From NCBI RefSeq assembly GCF_009914755.1, contig NC_060944.1: a stretch of DNA of 64,000 nt; one strand, written 5' to 3'. Each line of letters begins with the position of its first letter. The first letter of the stretch is position 1. Shown in pieces: positions 1 to 12,905 of this stretch. A program made the translations under genes and the position numbers. Source of the stretch: the human T2T-CHM13v2.0 reference genome, Homo sapiens. Below the pieces are notes generated by a model. That model had not been told where the DNA came from and ran no database searches. It worked only from the letters and a program-made list of their open reading frames with translations.

Positions 1-424
1 GTCTTAGTCCATTTTGTGTTGCTAGAATGGAATATCTGAGGCTGGGTAATTTATAAAGAAGAAAAGGTTTGTTGGCTCATGATTCTGATGGTTGGAAAGT
101 TCATGATTGGGCCTCTGCATCTGGTGAGGGCCTCAGGCTGCTTCCACTCATGGTGAAAGGGGAACCCCGGCTCTCAGAGATCACTGGTGAGAGAGGAAGC
201 AAGAGAGAGTCGGGAGGTGCCAGGCTCTTTTTAACAAGCAGCTCTTGCTGGAACTAATAGAGTGAGAACTCACTCACTCCCATGGGAGGGCATTATTCTG
301 TTCATGGGAAATCTACCCCATGACCCAAACACCTCCCACTAGTCCCCACTTCCCAGCATTGACACACTGGAATCAGACTTCAGCAGGAGATTTGGTGGAA
401 ACAAACCATGTTCAAACCACAGCA
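1..424 (-). mobile_element. MaLR solo LTR, MST family (MSTB-like)
   Basis: Characteristic MST segments on the reverse strand: 'gtcttagtccattttgtgttgct', 'ggctgggtaatttataaagaa', 'ccatgacccaaacacctcccac', and terminal 'caaaccacagca'. Confidence 0.85.
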
Positions 425-544
425 TCCTCCTCTAGGATTCCCCCAGCACAGGGAGTGGCATTACCATTAACTCAGGGGGCATTGCTTGTCCCTCCTCCAT
501 TGCCAAATTGTATTGATTTTGCTTCTTACAATTATGTCTTGATG

Positions 545-1170
545 CCACCTTCTGCTTCTCTCCACTGCCATAGTCAGGGTTCATATCCAGCTGGGCCTCC
601 CACCCTCTTGATGCCCTCCCAGCATGCATTCTCCACCCAGTAGCCAGAGTTCTGTTCTCAAAACACTAGCCTGGTCCTGGTGCTCCCCTGCCTACACCCC
701 CCAGTGGATTTCCAGTGTCTTCTGTCTTTGCAGGGATTGCAAGGATCTTCTGGGTCAGGCCCCTGCCCACCTCTTCAGGCCCCTCTCCCTACCCCCTGAC
801 CCCAACACTTTTTGCTCTCCAACCTCACCAGCCCATCATGCCTTGGTTCCTCCCACTGCTGGCCTCTGCCCATGCTCTTCCCTCTTCAGGAAGCCCTTGC
901 CCCTCTCCTTGCCTGCCCAGGCCTCCCCATATACACAACTTGCCTTGCAAATGCCTCCTTCATGTTATGTGTCCCATGATGCCACATGCCTCTCCTTTCA
1001 GATACTTAGCATGGCCACACTTTTATATTTCACTGTGAGCATCTTTGATTAATGTCCTCTTCCTCATGGAAGCTTCATGACTATATTTTTTTCCTTTGCC
1101 TTTGTTTGATCTTCAACATCTAGTGAAATGCCTGACACATATTAGACACACAACTGTTTGCTGACTGAGT
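545..1170 (+). mobile_element. L2 LINE 3' remnant (degraded)
   Basis: Pyrimidine-rich L2-like body ending in 'tagtgaaatgcctgacacatattag...tgtttgctgactga', similar to the L2 3' terminus. Confidence 0.55.
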
Positions 1171-2599
1171 ACATGAAATTTCATTCTTTACATTTTCCTA
1201 ATTTTTTAATGGAAGGCAATTAATGTTAGCCAAGGTACCAAAATTGGAGAATTAGTGTAATAGCTGTGGCTCAGATTTTAAAAAATATTTTGATAAATCT
1301 GGGACATCTAATTCCTTGGGCAGGAAACAAAGGCTCACTCATGTCACCTCAGTTTTTAAAAAAATTTGGACAGTGGTCATATACTCTGTGGCTTACAGAG
1401 CAGGGGCAGGAGACCTGGAGCCTGGAGCCTGAAAATCATGTGGCTATTAAGGGTGAATGCCTCCTGGTCGTGCTGTTATTCTTGTTTGCAGAATGGGACA
1501 GTCACATGCCCCTGGGGTCTCCAGGACTTGTGAGAATGGGATAATATTTGGGTGTCTCTGCAAAACGATAAAATCACATTAGTCCACTGCGGAACGGGCA
1601 ATCATGTTTAGGATCAGGATTCCACCAAATTTTCCTGTTCTGTCTTGCAAAGGGCAGGACGCCACCCCTTGGACCATAGTGGAAGGGGCTGCTTTATTGG
1701 GTCCTCCAGCTTTGGAGACTTGAGAACTGGGCTGAATCAGTGTCACTCTTATTATTATTAATGTTGTGATGATTGGTATTTCAGTAGGACTGGCTCTCTG
1801 TAAGCTCCGGCCATCCCATCAGGATTCAGTGGCCTGCAAGAGCTTGACCATGATGCTCCAGCTGAAGGGCGCTTTGGTCCCTGGTGCCAGGGTGATGGGC
1901 AGCTCAGTGGGAATGCACCTCCATCCGAAAGCACAGGGAGCCGGTAACCCAGGGATGGGCTCTCGAGAAGCTGCCAACCCAATACTTCTGGGAATTGGCT
2001 TTCTCTTTTCCTTGTTGTGGAAACCTCACCAGCTGCTTCATGGGGGAGGTTAATTAATGCAATTAACAACAAATGCCTTAATTGCAGATGTTTAGAGAGA
2101 CACTTTACTATTATTATTGTTATTATTGTTTTGTGTGCAACTCTCTGCACACTTGGATATCTCTTTATTAAAGCAAATAAAACCATAATTAGGTGCAGCC
2201 CAATTCAAACAGCAGCAGCAGCTTGGAGCAGGAAACCATAATTCAAGAACAAGAGGCATTCTTGACAAATATTATGTTGTCTGCCTAGTAACTGGTTGTG
2301 TGCCAGGGTGCTGTGAGCCACTTCAGGAGAGCTCTTACCTGCTTTCTCTAAAGCCTGGACAGAGGGGAGAGGCCAGATTGAAGGAGACAGGCCGTGGGGA
2401 GCTAGGGCCATGCTGGCAGCCCCCTCAGAGAACAGGCCCTTGAACAAGCTCACGGGCCAGGGGAGCTTGTATTCCAGGAGGCTTTGATCAGAAATTGGGA
2501 ATTACACAGGAGCTTGGAGTTAAGGGAAAAGAAAAGGAAGACAGTTTACTGCTCTTAAATTGTGGTTTTGGAGGATTAGAAGAAAGGAACCAGAGATCA

Positions 2600-2810
2600 G
2601 GTTAGCATTTCAAGGCGAAACAATCGATAAAACACACATTCCGGGCCTTGACCATGGATCAAGGCCTTGACCATGAAGTCTTTAGCTGTGTTTCCCGATT
2701 GCACGGACGGCTTATAGTGTGAAGTTGTGTGCATCGATATGCTAATGACGGCCTCTTTAAGTGAAATTAATGCCTGGATTGTGTGCTTAGAGCAGCCCTT
2801 CATTATTCCC
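2600..2810. promoter_or_regulatory. Candidate enhancer: NR5A-like and ONECUT/CUX-like motif cluster
   Basis: TCAAGGCG at 2610, GGCCTTGACCATG twice (2644, 2663), palindrome TCAAGGCCTTGA (2659-2670), AATCGATA (2622), and retained CpGs in unique sequence. Function is inferred only. Confidence 0.35.
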
Positions 2811-3849
2811 TGTGATATGAAGATGTGTTGGAGATTCTTCCCGGCTTCTCAGTGACACTCTTCATACAAAATTTATCTCTTTTATGGGTTTGAAGCTCTT
2901 TCAGATACATATCAAAGACCTTTCCATGCCTCTACCCTGCATAATATATTCTGCAACAGCTTATAATAAATCATCCTCCTTCCCTGACTGGTTAGCCGTG
3001 AGCAAACATGGCTATTGCTGGCACCGAAAGGATGCGAGATCCTCATATTTAATGCTTTGCCTCTTATGTTACTACTGTCTGTCCTTCCATCTTCCCTGGG
3101 GAGCCCCACAAAATAGCAAGGGGCTGGAATCACCGGCAATGCTGTTCTGATTTTAAAGCCATTGTCTGGGTTGATAATATAGAAAATGTAACATGTTGTT
3201 CTTTCATGTTGAAAGAATCTTTTCCTCTCATTTGCCTCATTTTCTGATTTCACAAGTAGACGTGGCACAGGTGCCCACTGTATTTCCAAAGGACTTAGGT
3301 TGACAAGGGTGACCATATTGGTGGTTGCTAATGAGCTGAGCATAGATGGGCTTTGTTGCATCTTGTTGAGGAGAGAAATCAAATAGAACAAAGGGAAAGA
3401 TTGTCCAAAATGGTGGTCTCTGGGGTAGGAACTGCACCATGGCTGCTGGCTGCTAACACGGGAGGCGGATCCCACTCTAACATGGGTGACTTGGGAGAAA
3501 GCCTCCCTCAGAGAGGTTCCCTGTGTGGGCACAGAGGGATCAGGCTTTCCAACGCTCATGGGTCAATGGGGCTCTTGTGTTTGGTGTGAGTGGTGGGGTA
3601 GAAGGATAGGTAATTTTTTTAAAACAGAAACAGAATTTGCTTTTGGTGTGGTTGTTCCCAAAGGCCAATGTGTGTTAAAGGAAATGCACCCTGTGATGGA
3701 TATGGCTAGCTGCACCCCCTTTCCTCACCCAAACCTGCTGGCTTTATCTTCTGTAAAAATTTATAGCTGGAGAGATGGTTGCATAGAATAAATGGGACAC
3801 TTTCCAGATTCCCTTGCAGCTAGCTGTGGCCACTGAGGTTGACCAAAGA

Positions 3850-3940
3850 TTAAGTAAAATTCCTGAAGTCATACAGCTAGAAAAACAACAGAGGTAATAT
3901 TTGAACCCATATCTGTTTGATTCCAAAACCATGATCTTTA
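3850..3940 (-). mobile_element. MIR fragment
   Basis: 'cctgaagtcatacagctag...atttgaacccatatctgtttgattccaaaacc' matches the MIR tRNA-derived end. Confidence 0.65.
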
Positions 3941-4174
3941 TTGTCTCCTTTCATTCTCTTAGAGGATGGAGAATTTCAATCAGGTAGTTTTTAAAATTTC
4001 CAGAGAATAAAGAATACACTTAACAAAAATGGCTTATCTTAAATTTATAGTATTATTATTAACTACAGATAATCTATTGAATAGGTAACATGTATTACCA
4101 TACATCAACAGATAAAAACATATCATTGGGACAATTACCGAATGGTTTCTCATAAATTATAAAAGTATTTCAAT

Positions 4175-4425
4175 TAGTTTTATTGAGGTATAATTTACAT
4201 ACAATAGAATCTGTAGACTTCTGTTGGATAGCTTGATTAATTTGGCAAATGTACACAGTCATGTAACCATCCTCGCAATCAAGATGTAGGACATTTCCAT
4301 TACTCCAAAAGCTCTCCATGCTGCAGTGTATTCAACCCATCCTTGCAACTCCAGCACCTGGTAAACACTGACCCATTTTCTGGGACTATTGTTTTGCCTT
4401 TTCTAGAATCTCACATATATGAATT
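4175..4425 (-). mobile_element. Old L1M 3' UTR fragment
   Basis: 'ttttattgaggtataatttacatacaat...catgtaacca...atcaagatgtaggacatttccattactccaaaag' is typical of L1MB/ME 3' ends. Confidence 0.7.
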
Positions 4426-5154
4426 AACTCTTGCTTTCCAATTATTATGTTGGGGCAGTTTTTATTAGAAGGCTGTTTTGGAGTAGAAAGTTTGGAGTTT
4501 TCCTTTATAGCACTGCAGATTGAAGTCATGTAGACCAAGTGGCTATTGCTTTACAGACTCAGTCAAGTGTTCTTTTCCCTGTTGCAGAGGGAATGGGATT
4601 TACATTGTAAGCAGCACTATAAAAATGGCTGTGCACTTCCTCAGAGCCACTCTGCCAGTTACCTAAACTGAGCCACCAGAATTTACTGATGACACTTGCG
4701 AGTAAGTGAACTCTTTATGCACTTAAAGAGGAATGTTTAGTATTTGTGTAGAATATTGGAAATGTCCAAGTCAGAGCAGGTTAATTGGATGCATGCAGTA
4801 GTTGGGAGGTGGGCTGAGGACACTTCCAAGCTCTGAAGGCTCTTCCAAAAGTCCCATGACTTGCTCAAAGTCTGAGGCCCCCTGCTAAGTTAGCAAATGT
4901 TTTGTCCAAGTGTAGGTCTGAAAAAATGCAGCATTGTCTCTCTGCAGTTCTCACCAGAGCCAGACCTGAAAAATCAGGCACCTCTGCGGTCAGCTGTGTT
5001 GGGTATTATTCTTGGAGTCTTATGGACAGCACCAGAGTCTTGACTACAAAAGCCAGTCATGGCTGGACTCCCTCAGACGCTTCCCTACATCTGCCTCACA
5101 TTGACTTATAACCCTTGAGTAGGTAGGACTAAGAAAACAACTTCTGTTTCAGGA

Positions 5155-5540
5155 TATTTTAGTTTGGATTTCCCCAGAAGCAGACCCTGAGACAAAGATT
5201 CGAGTGACCATCTGGATAAACATCCTCAGGGGATGGGGCAGTGCGACAGGAAAGGGAAGCCAGTTACACTGGCAACTGGAGGACCGTTCCTCTAGGAAAC
5301 TCTGGGAGATGGTGGTGAGCTCGCAAAAAAGAGGCCAGGAAGCTGAGGTCCTGGTGCTGCCAATCCCTGTCTGTGGCTGGGTGAGGGCTGCGTCCAGAAG
5401 CATGGGATCGCCAGGACTCCTGGCTCACCCTGTGAGCTTGTGGTCAGTGCATTCCAGAGTACACAGGAAGCAGCCTTTGGTGTGCAAGGGTAGCACTGAG
5501 GGGCTTGGGCAGGGCACCTGCAGGGACTGCTACACAGGCC
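5155..5540 (-). mobile_element. Old MaLR/ERVL LTR (MLT1-like)
   Basis: 'gtttggattccccagaagcagaccctgagacaaagattcgagtg' is a typical old LTR terminus in reverse. Confidence 0.55.
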
Positions 5541-6419
5541 ATACCAGGTTCCCTTCTTCATGCACTGTCTAAACCGTGCCTACTCTCCCTGCACCTGCCA
5601 TAAACACTGTGTTCCTCATCAGTTTGCACTGGGCCATGTCTCTTTAGTATCTTACCATTATTGCCTTTTCTAGAAGACTTCTAGGATCTGCCTAGATAAC
5701 TTCTCCTCAGCCATCAGATCTCATCTAAGCACGCTTTTCTCAGAAAGGCTTGCCCTGGCATCCTGGTGAGCGCAAGTCCCCCTGCCACATGCGGAGGGGG
5801 CGTTGGTGGACAGGCCTGCCCAGTGCTCCTCAAGAGGCTTTTCAGCAGAAAACCACATTTTCCAGACTCCCGTGGGGCTGGGCTTCTGGACATCATTGGG
5901 AAGTGTCTTTGTAGCACAGGTGGAGTGGAGCCTGCCTTCTGATTTTTCCACTTTGTGCTTTCTGCATTTCTGGCAAGCAGACCTGGAGATGTGGGGTTGT
6001 TCTGTGGTTCCTTTCCAGCAGTCAAGTTTTGTAGTGTCAAGAGATCAACGGAGGGAAGGTCACTCATTATTTTGTCCTTGTGTATCTATCTGGTGTGCTG
6101 TGGTTTAGACCAATAGTTGAGATGATAATGGTTTCCTTACTGATCTTTGGATCAAAGAGAAGGTGGTGTGTTCCCAGAGCCTCTCGATTCTGTTTCTCTG
6201 ATGGTCCCATGGTTGGTGGTTGTCCTTGAGGAACAGGCCCATGGTATTGCTGAGAGTAACTGGAAGTCTATCCTAGAGTCTGCTGCTTCCGCTCTTCCAA
6301 GATTTTGTAAGCACTCAGCCCACCAATTAAATACTCTCTGCTACAAAATAAGATGTGATGGCTTATGTCTCCTAAAATTGAACTTCAGTGGATATGTCTA
6401 ATTGCACCAATACTTTTTA

Positions 6420-6645
6420 TTTTGTTTTATTTTTAAAATTAACACATAATAATTGTACATATTTATGGGTATAATATGATGTTTTAATACATGCATACCT
6501 TGTGTAATGATCAAATCAGGGTAATTAACATATCTGTCACTTCATGCATTTATAATTTCTTTGTGGTGAGAACAATTGGAAACCTCTCTTCTAGCTATTT
6601 TGAAATAGTCATTATATTATTGTTAACTATAGTTGCCCTACTGTA
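6420..6645 (-). mobile_element. L1MA 3' end fragment
   Basis: 'taattgtacatatttatggg...tgtaatgatcaaatcagggtaatt...ttctttgtggtgagaaca...ttgttaactatagt'. Confidence 0.8.
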
Positions 6646-6795
6646 TTTTTTAAATTTTATTTTTATTTTCCACATACTTCTACTTGGAAGCAATTTTATA
6701 TTTATTTGTGGGAGTATATAAAATAGGGGTCTTCTATTCAGAAGGTGCCATGACGATGGGCTTATATCAGCTTTGGCTAGTATAATAACTTAGGG

Positions 6796-7005
6796 CAATG
6801 GTTCTCAAACAGGGGTGACTTTGTCCCCCAGGAGACATTTGGGAATGTCTGGAGACTTGGGTCATCAAAACTGAGAAAGGTGCTTTTGGCATTGAGTGGG
6901 TAGAGGATGGGGACACTGCTCAGCATCCTACGGTGCACAGGACAGCACCGACAGCAACGAGTTACCCAGCCCAAACTGTCAATGGTGCTGAGGTTAAGAA
7001 ACTCG
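6796..7005. mobile_element. MER20 (hAT-Charlie MITE)
   Basis: 'caatggttctcaa...tgtcccccaggagacatttgggaatgtctggagac...gctgaggttaagaaactc'. Confidence 0.85.
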
Positions 7006-7023
7006 GATTTATGGACTTCTGTC

Positions 7024-7622
<599 letters not shown>

Positions 7623-8539
7623 TGGTTTTCTGAAACTATATCAGATAGTGTACAGGATCTTTGGGAGAGCAGAGAGCTCGGTGAAATGCACAAGCACAAC
7701 CCAGACTGCTCCAGGAATCATCCTGATGCTGCCATCCCATGCCTTTAAGGACTAGATGCCAGAAGCCCTCCTGGGCAGGGGCGTGATTATTGATCCTTAC
7801 TGTGCAGAGAAGGACGTGGAGGTATGCTTGTCTTGACACAAGCTTGGGTCTGTTCTAGTCCATGCTTTCCTGGACTCCCACACCCTTCCTTTTGTGGGAC
7901 GTCTGTTTGGAAAAAAAATCACTAATAACCTGACTGAATGACTTGTAAGTTCTAGCAAGTAATAGAATGGCATTTGCCTCTTTTATCCAAATTGGTAATG
8001 TTTTAAAAGATTTTATGACTTTAAGGTAGTCATTTTGTCTAGTCATATTTCTGTGTGGGGAGGTGCTACATATTTATGCACACATAGGCTATTTATTTAA
8101 TTTTTAAATAATTCAAGAATATATTATCATCATAGAAAACATCAGACAATAAAGAAGTGCACAGAGAAAAAAGTGAAAATACCATTTGAACCCCTCTCCC
8201 TCTTCACTTTCAAACCCACCGCCCTTCCCAAATGTACCTGCAGTTCCGTTCTGGTGTATATTCTAGATATTTGGTGTACATATATTTTCTATGTGTTTAC
8301 ATGCACAAACATGCATGTAAAAAAGGCATCATCTTGTTTTCAGGATTTGTCTAATCCTTGTGATCATATGTATTATTTTGCAACTTCCTTTCTCCATCTC
8401 CCCTCCCACACTTTCTTTTTCTTTTAGCTTGATATGTCTTGAAGAACTTTATACCCAGGAATGTCTGGCTTCACCTCATTCTATTGGCTGCTGTGTAGTG
8501 TGGCTTGGGACAGATATGCTGCATTCAGGCAACTATAGA

Positions 8540-8730
8540 GTGGTGATCACAAGCTCTCATCCTGCTGTCAGCCTGCTGGGGTTGAAATTGTGGCTTCACT
8601 ACTTTGTACATATGTGACCTTGGACACTTTACTTAGCTTCCCTGTTGCTTGTTTTTCTCATTTGTGGCCTGGTTCTTCATCTGTTAAAAAAATGTGAGCT
8701 TGTTGAAGTCATCCAACAGATTAACAAGAT
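8540..8730 (+). mobile_element. MIR
   Basis: 'tgtgaccttggacactttacttagcttccctg...tttctcatttgt' MIR core. Confidence 0.6.
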
Positions 8731-9571
8731 GTGCTTATACTGTAGACACCATCTACCACATTTTCCCCAGGTCTTGACATGAGAATGGATGCAGTTTGAA
8801 TTGCATTGAAACCTTACTTCTTCTTTTCTAAAATTTTCTTTTCCCTAGCAGAACAATTCTAAGCAGATGTAGTTGAAACCCAGGTTTTGAAAATTCTGAG
8901 CTTAAGAAATTATATTTTTTATAGTTTCCTAGAAACTTTTCCTTCATGACCTGCTGGCTACAGGCAGGATATCAGTTGATTCCAATGATTCTTTATTTCA
9001 CCTTGGCATGTCTTTTATCAGAAATCATATGGAAACTTTTTAATTTATGGGCTTTTATTGCAATCCTCAATTCACCCTGAGTAGTCTATTATGAAGTGTT
9101 CTAGAGGTTCTTATTGTCCCTTATCAGAGAATTGTATCTCGGTGCAATTCATCTGTAGTCATTCTTCACAGAGAAAATCTTTCATATTACCTTTCTTTCA
9201 TCATATAATGACAACTCTTGAATACATCATTATTCCACAATGAGCTTATAAATTATTATCATTAGGCAATTTTTCATATAATCTGATTTTATAAACTGTT
9301 TCTTTTTATTATCGTTAGAGGGGAACCAGTAAATGCATCTGTCTGTTTTGATCCACCATGATAACAGTAATAGAAAAACTAAGTAAGGACATCTTACTGA
9401 GTCGCAAACATACTGGATTTGTAATGACTTCAGACCAGGATATTCGTGTGCAAATGGCCCAGCACCATGGCCCTCTCTTATGAGTCACGGTGCCACCCAT
9501 AGTGGCATCTTAATTGGTAATGCTGAGCTATCCAGATGTCTTTAACTGAATTTTTTCCCCACAGAAATGAG

Positions 9572-9875
9572 TTTTTATTTTTACTTTTTCTTTTTTGTTT
9601 TGATACAGGGTCTTGCTCCGTCACCGAGTCTGGAGTGCAGTGGTATGATTATGGCTTACTTGAACTTCTGGGCTCAAGCAATCCTCCCACCTCAGCCTCC
9701 AGAATAGCTGGGACTATAAGTGTGGATCATCAACCCTGGCTAATTTTTTGATTTTTTATAGAGACGAGGTCTCACCATGTTGCCCAGACAAGTCTTTAAC
9801 TCCTGGGCTCAAGCAATCCTCCCACCTCAGCCTCCTAAAGTGCCGGGATTACAGGCATGAGCCACTGTGCCTGAC
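9572..9875 (-). mobile_element. AluJ
   Basis: Reverse Alu with 'gggctcaagcaatcctcccacctcagcctcc' in both arms. Confidence 0.9.
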
Positions 9876-10133
9876 TTCCAGATTTGCATCTTAAAGGGCT
9901 GTTCCATTGAAGTAAGTTTTAAAAATGTAAAATAAAATATTTTTAAATGAAGAAAAAGCCAAAGTAGGTTACAAAGTAGAATATGTGATTTGCTGTGTGT
10001 AATGGTAACCCAAGAAAGACCCCTCACCTGTGACCTACCTACCTCCCCGAAACCTACTTACCTGTTCTTAGAGAATGCATATTTTTTTCATATAGAAGTA
10101 GGGAGGTACATTTTTCACATATGGCTTTTAGAT

Positions 10134-10334
10134 CAGCATTGTCTAACAGAGCTTACTGTTCTGATGATGCACATATTTATCCTCTGTTCTGTTCAGTATG
10201 GTGGTGGTGGCTGCATGTAACATCGGGTTGTGAAATGTGGCTACTGCTACTGAGGAACTGAATTTTAAATTTTATTTAACTTTAACACTTAAATAGGTTC
10301 ATGTCGCTGGTGGCTATTATCTTGGATAGTGCAG
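10134..10334. mobile_element. MER3-like hAT-Charlie MITE
   Basis: 'gaaatgtggctactgctactgaggaactgaattttaaattttatttaa...gtggctattatcttggatagtgcag'. Confidence 0.75.
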
Positions 10335-10464
10335 TTTTAGGTTGTCCTTAGTTGTGGTATGTATATTCTGTGTTACTGCTTGTTTCCAATAGTATGGATA
10401 ATTGAGAATTGACTACCTTTTTTCCCCCAGTCCAATTAATCCTTTAGGTGAGTAGGACAAGTAA

Positions 10465-10780
<316 letters not shown>

Positions 10781-10799
10781 AGGAAGGCAACAATATCAA

Positions 10800-10980
10800 C
10801 AATAGCCAGCCTTCTCAGGTTCTGGTTGTGTTCTCACACATTGCCTGGGTTAACTATCAAATTTTCCCACTAGTTATGAGGGAGGTAGTACTTTTATCTT
10901 CATTTTGAACTTAGGGAATGAAGGAAGCACAGAGAGGTTAAGTGCCTTGCCTAAGGCCACACAGCTGGTGGCTGTCCAGC
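10800..10980 (-). mobile_element. MIR
   Basis: 'gcacagagaggttaagtgccttgcctaaggccacacagctggtg'. Confidence 0.7.
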
Positions 10981-10989
10981 TGCCCTCTT

Positions 10990-11920
10990 TCATATCCCAT
11001 CTATGTGTGGGTTTGGCTTTCGATTCTGCTGCATTTACAAATGTGTCTACCCCTGTACTGCTTCCACATAGTTTTATTAATATTTACTAACATTTTATAT
11101 TAAGTTCTGATAACTGCAGGCAAGTCTCCCTCTGTGTTCTTTTTCAAATTAGTCTTTATCCATTCCAGAGCCTTTGCTTGTTTATATTAGGGCCTCACAA
11201 CTTTGGTACCATTGGTACTTGGGTCTAGATTATTCTTTGTGGTAGGGTCTGTCCTGTGGGCTCTAGATGATGAATAGCATCTCTGGTCTCTACACCTGGA
11301 CTTCAGACATTGCCAAATGTCCACTGGGGCCAAAAATCACCCTTTGTTATAAACTATAATTCTGTATAAATTGTAGAGTCAGTGTATCAAATTTCAAAAA
11401 CAGTTTGGTTTGAGTGTTGATTGAAACCCTGTCAAATTTATAAATTAGTTTTGGGAAGAATCACTATCATTATAATATTGAGTCTTCTCAAACATGGACC
11501 TGTTTCACCTCAACATCTTCTCAATCTCATTTCATGTCTTTTAATAACATTTTATAATTTTCCTCATGAAAGTTGTGTGCATCTTTTGTTAAATTTATTC
11601 CTGGGCGTCTTGTAGTGTTTTGCTATGATAAAGAGATTTTTTCTTTTCTGATTCCAAGAATTGGTCATTACTGGTGTAAAAGAACATTACTAATTTTTAG
11701 TGTGTCTTGCATATGAAAATCTTCTTGAACTCTTTTATTAATTCTAATAGTCTGCACATCTTCTAGAATTTTTTATGTAGATAATTATATTGTCTGCAAA
11801 ATAATCACAATGTTGACCCATTGTTTAACATTCTTACACCTTTAACTTCTTTTCCTCATCTCATTGCATTGACTAAGACCTCCAAGAAAATGCTGAATTC
11901 TCGCAAGGACAGAGGGACAC
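10990..11920 (-). mobile_element. Old L1M ORF2 3' region remnant, interrupted by MER20
   Basis: 'gattgaaaccctgtcaaatttataaattagttttgggaagaatcac...tcattgcattgactaagacctcc' resembles reverse L1 ORF2. Confidence 0.65.
11189..11358. mobile_element. MER20 (opposite orientation to the 6.8 kb copy, internally deleted)
   Basis: 'gattattctttgtggtagggtctgtcctgtg...cagacattgccaaatgtccactggggcc'. Confidence 0.75.
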
Positions 11921-12328
11921 TTTCATTTTGCAAGCAAAGAGACAAAGACTTGGGCCTGTCCAAGGTCATTCAGCGAATTAGAACAGAGTCAAGGCTAGAT
12001 TCTAAGGTTTACAAACTTCTTTTTCCTTTATTCCTTCTTGCTGCTTTTGTTTTTGGTTAATTTAGTTAACATAAAAACAATTTGCTGTCAGACCCTTTTC
12101 ATTTTAAACGTATTAAAGCCTGAAAAGAAAGTTACTTACAGTCTTTTATTGCCTGCGGAGTATAATGCATCAGCACACTAATATTGACACGAAACCTCTG
12201 TTATTCTTTCATTACAAAAGCATGTCAACTCTTTAATATCTACTAGCCTGCAAGTATGTTTCCCCTTGGGAAATGCCTGCAGTAGTGTCTTCCTGTTAGT
12301 GAGAGATATTAAGAGGATCTGAGTCTTA

Positions 12329-12560
12329 TAATAGCAATAGCTATGTTTGATGGATCACTTAAAATGAAGCAGGTACTGTGATAGATACTTTACAAGTATG
12401 CCCTCACTATGTCTTTATAACAATACTCTAAGGTGTATATTATTATCCGTGTTTTACAGATGAGGAAACTGAGCTTCAGGGTATTAGGTAATTTGCCCAA
12501 GGCCTCTTGTTTCTAAGTTTGCTGAGCCTGGACTCAGACCTGGGTTGGACACCAAAGTAA
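12329..12560 (-). mobile_element. MIR
   Basis: 'ttttacagatgaggaaactgag...taatttgcccaagg' MIR core. Confidence 0.85.
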
Positions 12561-12729
12561 ATGGCCTACTTGCTATAGATTTTGGTTGCCGTTAGGTGTA
12601 CAGACGTAAAATTAATATGGGAAGAATTCAAATTCAGTTTGATGGGTCTAGGAATTAATTCTTTTCACTGCTTTAGCTTAAGCAAATGAAGTTATCTCCT
12701 AGCATTACTTCCACATAAATACATACAAA

Positions 12730-12905
12730 GTAGTAATAGATTTGATTTAGTAAATGCCTCCAATATGCTGGGCACATCATGCATATTATCTCTTATCTGC
12801 ATAACAAATTTGAATGGAAAGCCTTGTTAGTACCACTTTAGGGATCAAGAGACTGGGGTTCATAGAGATTTAGTAACAGGTAAGAAGGAGCACAGCTAGG
12901 TTGCA
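12730..12905 (-). mobile_element. MIR (degraded)
   Basis: 'aatatgctgggcac...gagactggggttcatagagatttagtaac...cacagctagg'. Confidence 0.55.

Noticed and set aside
2912-3559. Longest ORF in the track (215 aa, minus strand)
   Set aside because: No recognisable domain or exon structure; the length is attainable by chance in 64 kb with alternative starts.
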